A program made the position numbers and the translations under genes. A DNA stretch of 64,000 nucleotides from a virus, in the IMG/VR virus record IMGVR_UViG_3300036045_000007. One strand, written 5' to 3'. Within the stretch, counting starts at the first letter, position 1, and each line of letters begins with the position of its first letter. The notes beneath the pieces are model-generated. The model was not told the origin of the DNA. It saw only the letters and a program-made list of their open reading frames with translations, and ran no database searches. This document shows positions 28,121 through 37,544 of this stretch, in pieces.

Positions 28121-28791
28121 TCTTCCCCCTTCGTGGTTAATAGGTTGTGATCCCGAAAGTGCTTGTGGATTTCAGCCCAACTGAATCCGGCCAAGTGTTG
28201 TTGCGCGATGTACGCCATCTGCTGGCGTTCGATTTCGTTCCGAATCCTGATCTTCGGTTTGCCAGGATTTCTGCGGCGCCAAAGGAAGCCGTAGCCAGCG
28301 TGTCCGTTGACCGCGTACCCTTGTGCGCTTGCCCATCGCTTGGCTTCTCGAATGCGCTCGGCGATGCGGCCCCTCTCGAACTCGGCGATGCACGCCAGCA
28401 CGTTCTCAATCAGCGTTTGGATGTAGTCAGGTATATCGCCCTCGAAGAAGGGCATGTCGAGCATGTGAACTTTGATGTCTCTCTTGGCCCACGACGACCG
28501 CATGACGAGGAAGTCTTCCAGCCTGCGGAAGCCACGGTCGAGCTTCATCACGATTACATGATCGCCATTCTCCAATCGCTTGTTGAGCGCTGCACCCGCC
28601 TTGCGTTCGAGGAACTGATACTTCGCAGCGGACACCTTGTCGATGAAGAAGTCACCCCACAGCAGCTTGCTCGCCCACTTGTCGGAGTAGTAGGTGAGGA
28701 TGCGATCCTTCTGGACTTCGATGCCGTTGATCTGCCGGTCCGTCGATTCACGCACGTACCCGTAGGCGATTGGCTTTCGATCTTCGCTCAT
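28003..28791 (-). CDS. small serine recombinase (resolvase/invertase family)
   Basis: N-terminal YGYVRESTDRQ catalytic-Ser motif. Resolvase-core pattern (GDHVIVMKLDRGFR, IAEFERGRIAERI). C-terminal HTH (GFSWAEIHKHF). Confidence 0.8.
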   Translation of the reverse strand: MSEDRKPIAYGYVRESTDRQINGIEVQKDRILTYYSDKWASKLLWGDFFIDKVSAAKYQFLERKAGAALNKRLENGDHVIVMKLDRGFRRLEDFLVMRSSWAKRDIKVHMLDMPFFEGDIPDYIQTLIENVLACIAEFERGRIAERIREAKRWASAQGYAVNGHAGYGFLWRRRNPGKPKIRIRNEIERQQMAYIAQQHLAGFSWAEIHKHFRDHNLLTTKGEEWSIMRIRRACSAEFLLRAQELTGTSMPSPSTASSRASN

Positions 28792-28794
28792 GCT

Positions 28795-29865
28795 TTACTC
28801 CCCGAAGGTACGAATGCGACCATCCCCGGTCGCGGCCCGAATCTTGAGGACGATCCGCTCGCTGTATGTGGTCTTGGTCACGGCACTGCCATCGGCAGCT
28901 TCGCTCTCGGCAACGTCGCTTACGAACGTCACCTTGCTGGCCGTTCCTCGCACCACGTGCGGCTCCTCGCCGTCAGGATGCACGACGCCATCGAGCGTGC
29001 CGGACGCCAGCAGCAGGGCGATGTGTCCGGTGTTCAATGGCAGTGGCGGTGTTGCCTTCGGCAACTCAGCGGGCGGTCGAAGATGCTGACGCAACGGCGA
29101 ATTCATCAGAGCACGCGACAGCTCGGCGTCGGTGAAGTCCACCTTCTCCCATTTGGTCGGTGGACTCACGACTGGCGGATAATACAGGCCGATGTCTGCC
29201 GTATACTTCCACACCCTGAACTTCAAAGACTCGTCCATCTTGGTCGGCTTTGGTCGGCGCACCGCAGCGACGACGACCTCATCGTATGGCCGATGCTCTT
29301 CGGGGAATGGGAACATGGCGATCTCGTCGTACCAGGTGTGGAAGTGAGACCGCACTTCGACTTTTTGTGCCACGGTATGCGGGCACACGAAGAAGAGCAC
29401 CCCACCCGGCGCCAGCAGCATCGTTGCCCGCATCAGGAACGCGGTCTCAACACGCCGTCCGCCGCCAATCTCGTCATCGAACGGCGGGTTGACGTAGGCA
29501 AAGCCGAACGAACCGTTACTTATCGCACATCCTTGGAACGAAGCAGGTGCCAAGATGTTGGCGCCGAGCGGAAGCGCGTCGGCAACAGCCGCCGCGCGTG
29601 CCTCGTCGAGTTCAATAGCGTAGATCAGGTCAGGCGGCGTGCCCAAGTGCCCGGCGATCTGCTTCAGCGCCGCTCCTTGTCCTGCACACGGATCAATGAT
29701 CGGGGTCGTGCTGACTGGCCGGAGATACTGCAAAGCATGAGCGAGTGCCTCTGGCGGAATCGGGTAAAATCCGCCGCGTGCCTGTGCTGCAAGTCTAGCC
29801 ACGATCCACCCCCTTGCGGCGCGGATCGCGACCGCCGCGTTTCTTAATCTCTCCGACGTAGCCAC
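28795..29865 (-). CDS. N6-adenine DNA methyltransferase
   Basis: Motif I IIDPCAGQGAAL, then motif IV YVNPPFDDE. The GTG at 29802 would remove the 71-nt overlap with the HNH gene. Confidence 0.75.
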   Translation of the reverse strand: MATSERLRNAAVAIRAARGWIVARLAAQARGGFYPIPPEALAHALQYLRPVSTTPIIDPCAGQGAALKQIAGHLGTPPDLIYAIELDEARAAAVADALPLGANILAPASFQGCAISNGSFGFAYVNPPFDDEIGGGRRVETAFLMRATMLLAPGGVLFFVCPHTVAQKVEVRSHFHTWYDEIAMFPFPEEHRPYDEVVVAAVRRPKPTKMDESLKFRVWKYTADIGLYYPPVVSPPTKWEKVDFTDAELSRALMNSPLRQHLRPPAELPKATPPLPLNTGHIALLLASGTLDGVVHPDGEEPHVVRGTASKVTFVSDVAESEAADGSAVTKTTYSERIVLKIRAATGDGRIRTFGE

Positions 29866-30364
29866 GACTGATGCCGTACTTGGCGGCTATCTCTTTGTGT
29901 GTCCCAGGCATTGCGATGATCTCTTTGATCTGCTCATCGCTCAATTTGCCTTGCGGATGATCCGTGCCTTTGGCCAAGAGGTTGCACGTTCCGTGGTCAA
30001 CACGATCCTGAGCATTTACCGTCTGGGGCGCCCACGACAGGTTGTTGAATCTGTTGTTGTCCTTGTTGCCGTCAGCGTGCCTTGCTTCGTAGATGACACC
30101 AGCCTCGACTGGCTTGGCGCCTACGAATGATGTCAGCACTAGCTCGTGAACATGACGCACTCGCATCCTTCCCGCCGTGTAAATGTTCACACGATGGTAT
30201 CCGTCTTTGTCCACTCGCTCTTTGAGTGGTTTCCAGATTCCGGTTTTCTTCGACCAGACCGTGCCGCCGTCCCCGACAGCGTAGCCTGGGCAATAAGGCA
30301 CAAGCGCGAACACCTCGCCGTGGACAACTGGCACGATGCCAGCGCCCACACGATGGGTCAGCAT
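29795..30364 (-). CDS. HNH homing-type endonuclease with C-terminal HTH
   Basis: ATG at 30364 after AAGGAGAA. HVHELVLTSFVG..ARHADGNKDNNRFNNLSW (HNH_3-like). The C-terminal IAAKYGISRGYVGEIKKRG resembles sigma-70 region 4. Confidence 0.75.
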   Translation of the reverse strand: MLTHRVGAGIVPVVHGEVFALVPYCPGYAVGDGGTVWSKKTGIWKPLKERVDKDGYHRVNIYTAGRMRVRHVHELVLTSFVGAKPVEAGVIYEARHADGNKDNNRFNNLSWAPQTVNAQDRVDHGTCNLLAKGTDHPQGKLSDEQIKEIIAMPGTHKEIAAKYGISRGYVGEIKKRGGRDPRRKGVDRG

Positions 30365-30480
30365 CAAATTCTCCTTTCCGCAGACCGGCAGGTCCGCTAG
30401 AATGAAGTTGCGAAGACTCTTGCACAAGCGAACAAAGGCCGGGGACTGATAACCCCCGGCCTTGTTCGTTTCCTCACACG

Positions 30481-31341
30481 TCAATCCAATTCGGCGACCG
30501 CCTCGGCGTCGGCGATCACAGTTTCCAATTCCGCGTTCTCGGCCTTGAGCACCGGCATCGGCACCAGATTACCAAACACGCCGTTCAATCGCGAGGATCG
30601 CCGCAGAATGTTGTCATTCCGCAGCGGCTTCCACGTCTCCGTCACACAGTTGTATAGCGACCAGAGATTCCTCGGTCCATACAACTCGTGGGCGTCCTGG
30701 GTCAACGCTGCGCCATCGCCGCCGACGCCACGAGGCAGCATGAGACCGCCCGGCTGAGCCGCCGCCAGATACAGATTGGCAGCGGGCTTGACCATGTTCG
30801 TCGGCAGCACTTCCTGTCGCCACATATCGAGCAACAACGCCTTGGCCTCGACATCCTTGATCGGGATCGCCTTGAACGAGTCGAGCCACTTGGCGACCAG
30901 ATGGACGCGGTGCAACACAACTTCGAGCAGACCATCGGCGACCTTGGCCGGGTCGATTCTGCTCGTGTGCTTGCGGAAGCGTACCACTTCGCCTGTGAAT
31001 GCCAGGTTATCGCAGACAAACACCCTGGGACCGCCGCAGTAACCCATCGACCAGGCTTTGTCATGCGCGTTCCTGAATCCGAGAGCCAGACCTTGACCAT
31101 CCGGCATTCCCTTGTCAGTCACGTCGATGACGCCGAACATGCGGGCCCCGCCGTGCGACAACCCGTAGCTCTCTTTGAGCAGCGGGAAGCCACGGTTGCT
31201 CAGCTCGGCCTTGATGACATCGACGACTTCGATGTGTGGCACCGGCTTGTGTGACTTGGTTGCCGGTGGGGTCACGACCGCTCGAACCTCGTCGAGCGTG
31301 GCTGTCGTGCCTCCTGTGTGTAGCATCAGATTACCAGCCAT
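30481..31341 (-). CDS. DUF932-family protein (phage/plasmid-like)
   Basis: GGARMFGVIDV..LALGFRNAHDKAWSMGYCGGPRVFVCDNLAF pattern as in DUF932. ATG at 31341 after TGGAG. Confidence 0.6.
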   Translation of the reverse strand: MAGNLMLHTGGTTATLDEVRAVVTPPATKSHKPVPHIEVVDVIKAELSNRGFPLLKESYGLSHGGARMFGVIDVTDKGMPDGQGLALGFRNAHDKAWSMGYCGGPRVFVCDNLAFTGEVVRFRKHTSRIDPAKVADGLLEVVLHRVHLVAKWLDSFKAIPIKDVEAKALLLDMWRQEVLPTNMVKPAANLYLAAAQPGGLMLPRGVGGDGAALTQDAHELYGPRNLWSLYNCVTETWKPLRNDNILRRSSRLNGVFGNLVPMPVLKAENAELETVIADAEAVAELD

Positions 31342-31407
31342 TGCGAAAACTCCAATCGGGCGAACGGCTAAAGACAACCGGCAACGTGCCGGTTCATCGC
31401 CAATGCT

Positions 31408-31620
31408 TTACCCTCCATAAGACCTCATGCAGCTGGCGGAACAGAACAGTCCGCGAATGTCGGAGTGACGACCGCCATCACTCTCGATCCTGTAGGCGTA
31501 CAGTACCGTCTTCCCTTTCCGTTCGCAAACTCCACCGCACCAGTCGCACGTTTGGCCGTTCACTTCGACACGGCTGCGATGCAGCTCGGTCCGAGCAAAC
31601 GGATCACGGCTCACATACAT
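31408..31620 (-). CDS. small Cys-rich (Zn-binding-like) protein
   Basis: 70 aa from the ATG at 31620 (ACGGAG upstream). CDWCGG..CSASC motifs. Confidence 0.45.
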   Translation of the reverse strand: MYVSRDPFARTELHRSRVEVNGQTCDWCGGVCERKGKTVLYAYRIESDGGRHSDIRGLFCSASCMRSYGG

Positions 31621-31702
31621 GCTCGACTCCGTGGGTGAGAAACACAACGGCCAACCCCTACGAGAAGTTGGCCGTCTCTGTTTCGTTGCTCTTTTGTGGA
31701 CT

Positions 31703-31903
31703 TCACACAGCCGGGCGGAATACCCGGAACCGCCGCTGATCGCTCGGCGGCGGTTGCTGGACTCGCTTCGGCTGAATGGCATCCTCAATGGGCTTGATCT
31801 GCTCGGCGTAGCAGCCAGGACAGATGCCGTGGCTCACCATGCCAGCGGGCCCCGGCTTCTCTCCCATTGGTGCTCGGCACCAAGCACATTGGACTTTCAT
31901 CAT
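31703..31903 (-). CDS. small Zn-ribbon protein
   Basis: MMKVQCAWCRAPMGEKPGPAGMVSHGICPGCYAEQ, with CxxC..CxxC. Confidence 0.45.
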   Translation of the reverse strand: MMKVQCAWCRAPMGEKPGPAGMVSHGICPGCYAEQIKPIEDAIQPKRVQQPPPSDQRRFRVFRPAV

Positions 31904-31966
31904 GGTTGCGAACCTCAAGGGGTTGTCGAATTTGAAAATCCATCTTACCACAATGTCGCCAAATCG

Positions 31967-32221
31967 TCAACGATTTGACGCCTTTGGCTCCGGCCCTCGC
32001 AACAAAACGCGGTCGATGAATTCGCCGAGCCTGTCAATGGCCTCTTCGACCGTCGATGCCAGCGAAAACACTTTGCACGTCGCGCAGTTGTCGGGGTCGT
32101 GGTCACACTCGCAGGCATGGGACATTGCGATCATGAGCGGGTCGTTGAGCGCTTCCATTTTGCCGACCGATGGCCTCACGGATCGCAGTGCCTCTGCCTG
32201 CTTTTGGTTCAACTGTTTCAT
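31967..32221 (-). CDS. hypothetical protein
   Basis: 84-aa ORF, ATGA coupling with the upstream gene. Contains CECDHDPDNCATC. Confidence 0.45.
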   Translation of the reverse strand: MKQLNQKQAEALRSVRPSVGKMEALNDPLMIAMSHACECDHDPDNCATCKVFSLASTVEEAIDRLGEFIDRVLLRGPEPKASNR

Positions 32222-32454
32222 CGCAATGCCTTCCTCAGCTCGCGATCCTCAGCCTTCTTCCGCTTCAGATCGGACGCCATGTTGTGGGCGCCCTGAATCC
32301 ACATTTGGCGATAGGTCACGGTGTACTTCGTCCGCTGACATTTCAGCTTGATCGTGAGGAATTTGCCACCAGGCATGAGGGTGACGATCATCGGCCTGCC
32401 CATCTCGATCTCCGCCGTCTCACGCACAACGGGTCGAGTCAGTTTCGTCGCCAT
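32218..32454 (-). CDS. hypothetical protein
   Basis: 78 aa from the ATG at 32454 (TGGAGA upstream). Confidence 0.45.
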   Translation of the reverse strand: MATKLTRPVVRETAEIEMGRPMIVTLMPGGKFLTIKLKCQRTKYTVTYRQMWIQGAHNMASDLKRKKAEDRELRKALR

Positions 32455-32629
32455 GATTCTCCAATCGCTGCACCACAGCGGCATTGTGTTCCAACTCGTA
32501 ACGCTTCGCCGCGTGGTAGGTGTGGAAGCGCTTCGAGCCCACGGTGTAGAACTTCTTGGCCTGCGGCACGCCGTTGATCTGGCGCGTGAACGGGCCCCGC
32601 ACTCGTACCATCCGTGTGCTCTTGCTCAT
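32420..32629 (-). CDS. hypothetical basic protein
   Basis: 69-aa ORF, overlaps the next start by 35 nt. Confidence 0.4.
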   Translation of the reverse strand: MSKSTRMVRVRGPFTRQINGVPQAKKFYTVGSKRFHTYHAAKRYELEHNAAVVQRLENHGDETDSTRCA

Positions 32630-32638
32630 GGCTCCCTC

Positions 32639-32977
32639 CTATGTGTGGACGAACCAGCCAGTTCCCTCGGCCAGACTCACGGTGAGCGACGGGAAGCTAC
32701 CATCAGCCGGACTGTCCGGTCCCTGGTAGATCAACCCGCCATTGAACCGGAACGTCGCCGTCGATTCCAGATCGCCACGCTTCACGCGCAACACGCGAAA
32801 CGAAAACGAGTGCGGCGCGAAGTCCTTTCCGAGCTGGCACAGCGTTTCATACTCGTCCGTCTCGCCGTAGGTGGAGAGATAGTCGAGCTGCTTCTGAAGC
32901 TGCTCGTGTTTGCCGATGCGGCGCGCGAATGCACGCACGGACTCCAAGTAATCAGGATCACAAATCACGGTCAACAT
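32639..32977 (-). CDS. hypothetical protein
   Basis: 112-aa ORF, globular composition, no motif recognised. Confidence 0.5.
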   Translation of the reverse strand: MLTVICDPDYLESVRAFARRIGKHEQLQKQLDYLSTYGETDEYETLCQLGKDFAPHSFSFRVLRVKRGDLESTATFRFNGGLIYQGPDSPADGSFPSLTVSLAEGTGWFVHT

Positions 32978-32988
32978 GCGAAGACTCC

Positions 32989-33288
32989 TTAATCGAGGTA
33001 CTCGTACTGCAATGCTTGCGGGTCATCGTAAACCGCTTGGCCTACTTTCTCAGCGACGGTGCTTGCGGCGCCATAGCCGTGCCCGCGCAAGGGTATGCCT
33101 TCGTTCCTGTCGTTCCACGTGAAGATGCCAGCCGCACACAGGCGTCCGGTCACGTTGATGATGCGGCTATCGAAAACAACGAACACTTTCACGTACCGAG
33201 TGTTCCTTGTCTTCTTCACGACGAGAGTGTATAGCCTGGTTTGTTTGGGCATCACTTCACGCAACCGTGCTTTGGCCTCGTCGTTCAT
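32989..33288 (-). CDS. hypothetical protein
   Basis: 99 aa from the ATG at 33288 (GGAGG upstream, ATGA overlap with the upstream stop). Confidence 0.5.
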   Translation of the reverse strand: MNDEAKARLREVMPKQTRLYTLVVKKTRNTRYVKVFVVFDSRIINVTGRLCAAGIFTWNDRNEGIPLRGHGYGAASTVAEKVGQAVYDDPQALQYEYLD

Positions 33289-33629
33289 GCTGCCTCCGAC
33301 TTCGGCCCTTGGGCGGCTTGCCACTTCACATCCTCAAACGCCTCGGTGTAAGTGGCTGGATCACCGGACGTTCCCGAGCAGAGGTACATTGCTTGTTCGG
33401 CATACAGGCGGTTGATCGAGTGACGGTTCACCCAATCAGTTCCCTTGCCGAGAGAGCGGGCGGCGTTCCACAACTTTTCGAGGGCATCGGCCCACGACCG
33501 CACCATGCCAGACAAGTTCGACGCACCTGGGTCAACAACCCAAATGGCCTCTTGGCATAGGCGCGGCATCTCATCGTTGAGATTGCGGCACATGCGACGA
33601 CTCCAATCTGCATCACCATCACCGAGCAT
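33285..33629 (-). CDS. hypothetical protein
   Basis: 114-aa ORF. The ATG at 33629 abuts the tRNA-like element and has no SD. The internal ATG at 33593 has TGGAG upstream. Confidence 0.45.
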   Translation of the reverse strand: MLGDGDADWSRRMCRNLNDEMPRLCQEAIWVVDPGASNLSGMVRSWADALEKLWNAARSLGKGTDWVNRHSINRLYAEQAMYLCSGTSGDPATYTEAFEDVKWQAAQGPKSEAA

Positions 33630-33697
33630 TAGGGCGTGTGGGAATCGAACCCACAGTCAGGCACCTGTGTAAAAGGCACCCGATCTCCAAGCACCCC
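33630..33697 (-). other. tRNA-like element lacking a D-arm (anticodon-like loop UAC)
   Basis: Minus strand: GGGGUGC-UU-GGAGAUCG-[GGUGCCU UUUACAC AGGUGCC]-UGACU-[GUGGG UUCGAUU CCCAC]-ACGCCCU-A. The T-arm is canonical. The acceptor has 2 wobbles and 1 mismatch. No D-stem and no encoded CCA. Confidence 0.35.
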
Positions 33698-33699
33698 AA

Positions 33700-33759
33700 G
33701 GAAGCCAGCTCTCCGACCGCACCAGACATGGCAAAGAGTGCAGCTTCGAGCTGGCTTCC
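33700..33759 (-). other. 12-bp perfect inverted repeat (long hairpin) next to the tRNA-like element
   Basis: GGAAGCCAGCTC (33759-33748) pairs with GAGCTGGCTTCC (33711-33700), with a 36-nt loop. Lies between the small ORF stop and the tRNA-like element. Confidence 0.5.
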
Positions 33760-33764
33760 AGGTT

Positions 33765-33937
33765 TCAATCACACTGCTCTTCCCCATCGGGAATAACAGC
33801 GAAGCGCCGCACGATGCCGTCCTTCAACCTCCGTGCCTCGGACTTCAACCGATTGATCGCAGCGCACGCCTCATCGTAGGTGTCATAGTCACCGAACTCT
33901 TCGTACCCAAACTCATCGGATTCCATTGACACCTTCA

Positions 33938-33938
<1 letters not shown>
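33765..33938 (-). CDS. small acidic protein (57 aa, not in ORF track)
   Basis: My translation: MKVSMESDEFGYEEFGDYDTYDEACAAINRLKSEARRLKDGIVRRFAVIPDGEEQCD. TGATG overlap with the upstream stop. Confidence 0.4.
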
Positions 33939-35118
<1,180 letters not shown>

Positions 35119-35122
<4 letters not shown>

Positions 35123-35289
35123 TCTTCGTAAATCGGTTCGTCGCAGTCATATGCCTCGAAAATGTCGGACCGAAAGCCCTTCATCTTCTCGGCGTGGCAC
35201 TGCGAGCACGAGTAGCACAGAAAGATTCCGTGCCCATCGTAGTTGTCGTCCTGGTACTCACCCGAACCACACGGACATTGACGAGGCAT
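35119..35289 (-). CDS. small Cys-rich protein (56 aa, not in ORF track)
   Basis: My translation: MPRQCPCGSGEYQDDNYDGHGIFLCYSCSQCHAEKMKGFRSDIFEAYDCDEPIYED. ATG directly follows the upstream TAG. Confidence 0.4.
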
Positions 35290-35493
35290 CTACTTCCCCT
35301 TTCGGCTTTGCTGCCACATCACGCACATGGGGCAGTACCACTTGCCCTTTACCTGAGTCCATCCGCCCAACTCGGCTTGCTTCCGTGCTTCGGCTGGTGT
35401 TGCGTCGTCACCAGTGGCGTCAGTTTCACAGTCGGGCGAGCGATCATCGTCCTCAGCATCGCATTCGATCCAGTAGTTTGCTACCAGTCCCAT
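35290..35493 (-). CDS. small acidic protein with C-terminal CxxC
   Basis: 67-aa ORF: ECDAEDDDRSPDCETD..WYCPMCV. Confidence 0.45.
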   Translation of the reverse strand: MGLVANYWIECDAEDDDRSPDCETDATGDDATPAEARKQAELGGWTQVKGKWYCPMCVMWQQSRKGK

Positions 35494-35705
35494 CAGTGAC
35501 TCCCTTCTACAACGATGTCAGGCGACGGTCCATGCACGAACTCCCGCGCCATGTCGCCGATCTCTTCGTGAAGCTCAGGATCGGCTTTACTCAGCCACAG
35601 TGCGTTGTACTTCGAGAACGCCCTGGTATCGCTAAGTAGTCGCCTGGCTCGTGGCGAGCGTAGAAAGCGCTCGGCCAGCATCTCCAATCGTTCATCTGCA
35701 TCCAT
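35493..35705 (-). CDS. hypothetical protein
   Basis: 70 aa from the ATG at 35705 (AAGGAGAG upstream). The track extension would translate repeat element a. Confidence 0.45.
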   Translation of the reverse strand: MDADERLEMLAERFLRSPRARRLLSDTRAFSKYNALWLSKADPELHEEIGDMAREFVHGPSPDIVVEGSH

Positions 35706-35721
35706 CACGGCTCTCCTTTCT

Positions 35722-35753
35722 GCGGCGCACGTAGCGCCGCCAACGTGGGCGAG
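35722..35753 (-). repeat. hairpin-plus-12-mer element, copy a
   Basis: + strand: GCGGCGC-ACGTA-GCGCCGC then CAACGTGGGCGAG. Directly upstream of the SD of 35493-35705. Confidence 0.6.
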
Positions 35754-35835
35754 ACCATCGCTTGTCACTTTGGTACGCTGGTCGGGATGAGATTCATATG
35801 GGCTGTGGTCCTCGAAGTAGTAGGATCATCGCCGC

Positions 35836-36018
35836 TTACCGATTGGCCTCATCATCGCTCGGATGAGCCTCATACTTGTCGAGCGCCAGCCACCGCGAGT
35901 GTAAGTCAGCACCGTAGGCCAGGCACGCTTCCTTGGTTTTGAACCGAAGAGCGTTGTAGCTCCCGTTGGTGCAGCTCTTCGTCTTGCACGCCAACTTCCA
36001 ACTCTGTGGGTCTGCCAT
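35836..36018 (-). CDS. hypothetical protein
   Basis: 60 aa from the ATG at 36018 (GAAAGGGG upstream). Confidence 0.45.
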   Translation of the reverse strand: MADPQSWKLACKTKSCTNGSYNALRFKTKEACLAYGADLHSRWLALDKYEAHPSDDEANR

Positions 36019-36053
36019 CGAGATACCCCTTTCGTGAAGCATCTCCACCGAAT

Positions 36054-36085
36054 GGTGTGCTACGAGCACACCCACCGTGGGCGAG
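36054..36085 (-). repeat. hairpin-plus-12-mer element, copy b
   Basis: + strand: GGTGTGCT-ACG-AGCACACC then CACCGTGGGCGAG. Intergenic. Confidence 0.65.
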
Positions 36086-36096
36086 CCAGCCGTGGC

Positions 36097-36408
36097 TCAA
36101 CCAGCGTCGATCAGCTCGACGTTGGCTCCTAAGAAGTTCCCCTCAATGGTCACTCGCTGGCCCTCGTCCATGATCCGCACCAATGCAACGGCGTCATCGC
36201 TATCACCTGGCGGGGTGATCGCCAGAAGCCAGTGATCCTTGCGCCGCTCAATGACAACGTGCGACACAAACTCAGGTGTCGCCGCGATGTTCAGGTCGAT
36301 GTAGGCCGCGCACTCGTCCCTCACATCGAGCTGGCACTTGTAGCGCGGCGGCTCTGGTTCACCATCGTAGGTGAGCAGGTGGAAGTCCTGCTTGATTGTT
36401 GGAATCAT
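36097..36408 (-). CDS. hypothetical protein
   Basis: 103-aa ORF, GGAGG upstream. Confidence 0.5.
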   Translation of the reverse strand: MIPTIKQDFHLLTYDGEPEPPRYKCQLDVRDECAAYIDLNIAATPEFVSHVVIERRKDHWLLAITPPGDSDDAVALVRIMDEGQRVTIEGNFLGANVELIDAG

Positions 36409-36587
36409 TGTGGCCTCCGATAGTCGCCGAGCAATGCCTCATGCAGATCGTCGCTCTTTGCACAGTACAGACAAATACCCCATTCCGCTGACGGCATGAT
36501 TGCTTCGCGGAAGTTGTCGAGGATCACTTGGGCCTCGTCTGCGGTATCAGCATCCTCGAACTCAGCAATGAGCACGAGCTTCACCAT
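36405..36587 (-). CDS. small acidic protein
   Basis: 60-aa ORF, ATGA coupling downstream. Confidence 0.45.
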   Translation of the reverse strand: MVKLVLIAEFEDADTADEAQVILDNFREAIMPSAEWGICLYCAKSDDLHEALLGDYRRPQ

Positions 36588-36591
36588 CTAC

Positions 36592-36861
36592 TCAACTCCC
36601 ATCCGCTTCGAGATACCTGCCCCCGTTGGTCGTGGCCCACTCCCTGGCTGTGCTCAACACGTGGCGAGGCAGTTCCCACAAGTCGAGCATCGCACCCTTC
36701 CCCTTCACGTCATACTGCCAGCGCTTGTCGCCGGTCTGCACGATCTCGGACCAATCACGGTCCTTGGTCATGCCGTTGCGGAACAGGAGCTTCGATCCAT
36801 GAAACTCCCGACGCACGTGGTCCCTCAGCTCGGCTGAGAGCCACAATCGAGCTTTGGTCAA
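36592..36861 (-). CDS. hypothetical protein
   Basis: TTG at 36861 overlaps the upstream TGA (TTGA). The 5' part of the track ORF 36592-37077 overlaps a better gene. Confidence 0.4.
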   Translation of the reverse strand: MTKARLWLSAELRDHVRREFHGSKLLFRNGMTKDRDWSEIVQTGDKRWQYDVKGKGAMLDLWELPRHVLSTAREWATTNGGRYLEADGS

Positions 36862-37223
36862 GCGTTGCTCCCTTCGTACTGCGGCTTCATCTTGCGCATG
36901 GCTTCGATGAGGCTCTTGAGTGATGCTACTTCCTCCCTGAACACTTCGTCGAGGTACTCGTCGCCTGAGTCGCTCTCGACGCCCCACAGCCCAGGGCTTT
37001 CGAGGTTGATGAATGTCCCAACGCCACTCTGGACGATCATGCACATGGCGCGGGCCCTGATACCGACGTAGTGCCACTGCCCGCGCTCGAATGCACGCTT
37101 CCGGGCGCCGGACAACTCCGTTCTCAGCTCGCAGTCGTCGTCAGGAAGTACCTCACGCTCGAACTGCACGTAGAATCCATCCTTCCGCTTGGTGTCGATG
37201 TGGGCGAACTTCGGTGTGCTCAT
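36858..37223 (-). CDS. hypothetical protein
   Basis: 121-aa ORF. SPGLWGVESDSGDEYLDEV segment. ATGA coupling upstream. Confidence 0.5.
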   Translation of the reverse strand: MSTPKFAHIDTKRKDGFYVQFEREVLPDDDCELRTELSGARKRAFERGQWHYVGIRARAMCMIVQSGVGTFINLESPGLWGVESDSGDEYLDEVFREEVASLKSLIEAMRKMKPQYEGSNA

Positions 37224-37432
37224 GCTGCACCCCTTTCACTCGGGCCCACGATCCCACACTGTTGCATCAGGTCGCGGAACATGGAGGTGGGTAGCACTCC
37301 GCCTGGCCAGTGCTGACGCTCGCGGTCCACGATCCGCCGCACTCGTTCAGTGGTCAGCCAGTTGGCCCGCTCAGTGCGAAACCCCATGATCGCGCGGAAC
37401 TCCCGCCTGTTTGGGCAGTAGTACCCATCCAC
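37220..37432 (-). CDS. hypothetical protein
   Basis: 70-aa ORF. Confidence 0.45.
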   Translation of the reverse strand: MDGYYCPNRREFRAIMGFRTERANWLTTERVRRIVDRERQHWPGGVLPTSMFRDLMQQCGIVGPSERGAA

Positions 37433-37435
37433 AGG

Positions 37436-37504
37436 TCACTCTCCCTTCGTCGTGTACTGCCACACGAAGATGGCAGCCACAGCCAGCCCTACCAGTAATT
37501 CCAT
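37436..37504 (-). CDS. 22-aa single-helix micro-protein
   Basis: MELLVGLAVAAIFVWQYTTKGE, with AAGGAAAAAAA immediately upstream of the ATG. Very short, so tentative. Confidence 0.25.
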   Translation of the reverse strand: MELLVGLAVAAIFVWQYTTKGE

Positions 37505-37522
37505 TTTTTTCCTTTTTTCCCC

Positions 37523-37544
37523 AATCCCGCAGCGCTGCGGGATT
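37523..37544. other. perfect 22-nt palindrome AATCCCGCAGCGCTGCGGGATT
   Basis: Read directly. Flanked by T-runs on the + strand (A-runs on the minus strand). Lies in the 209-nt ORF-free gap 37505-37713. Confidence 0.9.

Noticed and set aside
33630-33697. Calling this a functional tRNA-Val gene
   Set aside because: It has no D-stem (only ~8 nt between the acceptor and the anticodon stem), the acceptor has a mismatch plus two wobbles, and the variable region is atypical unless the anticodon stem is 7 bp. I kept it as a tRNA-like element only.
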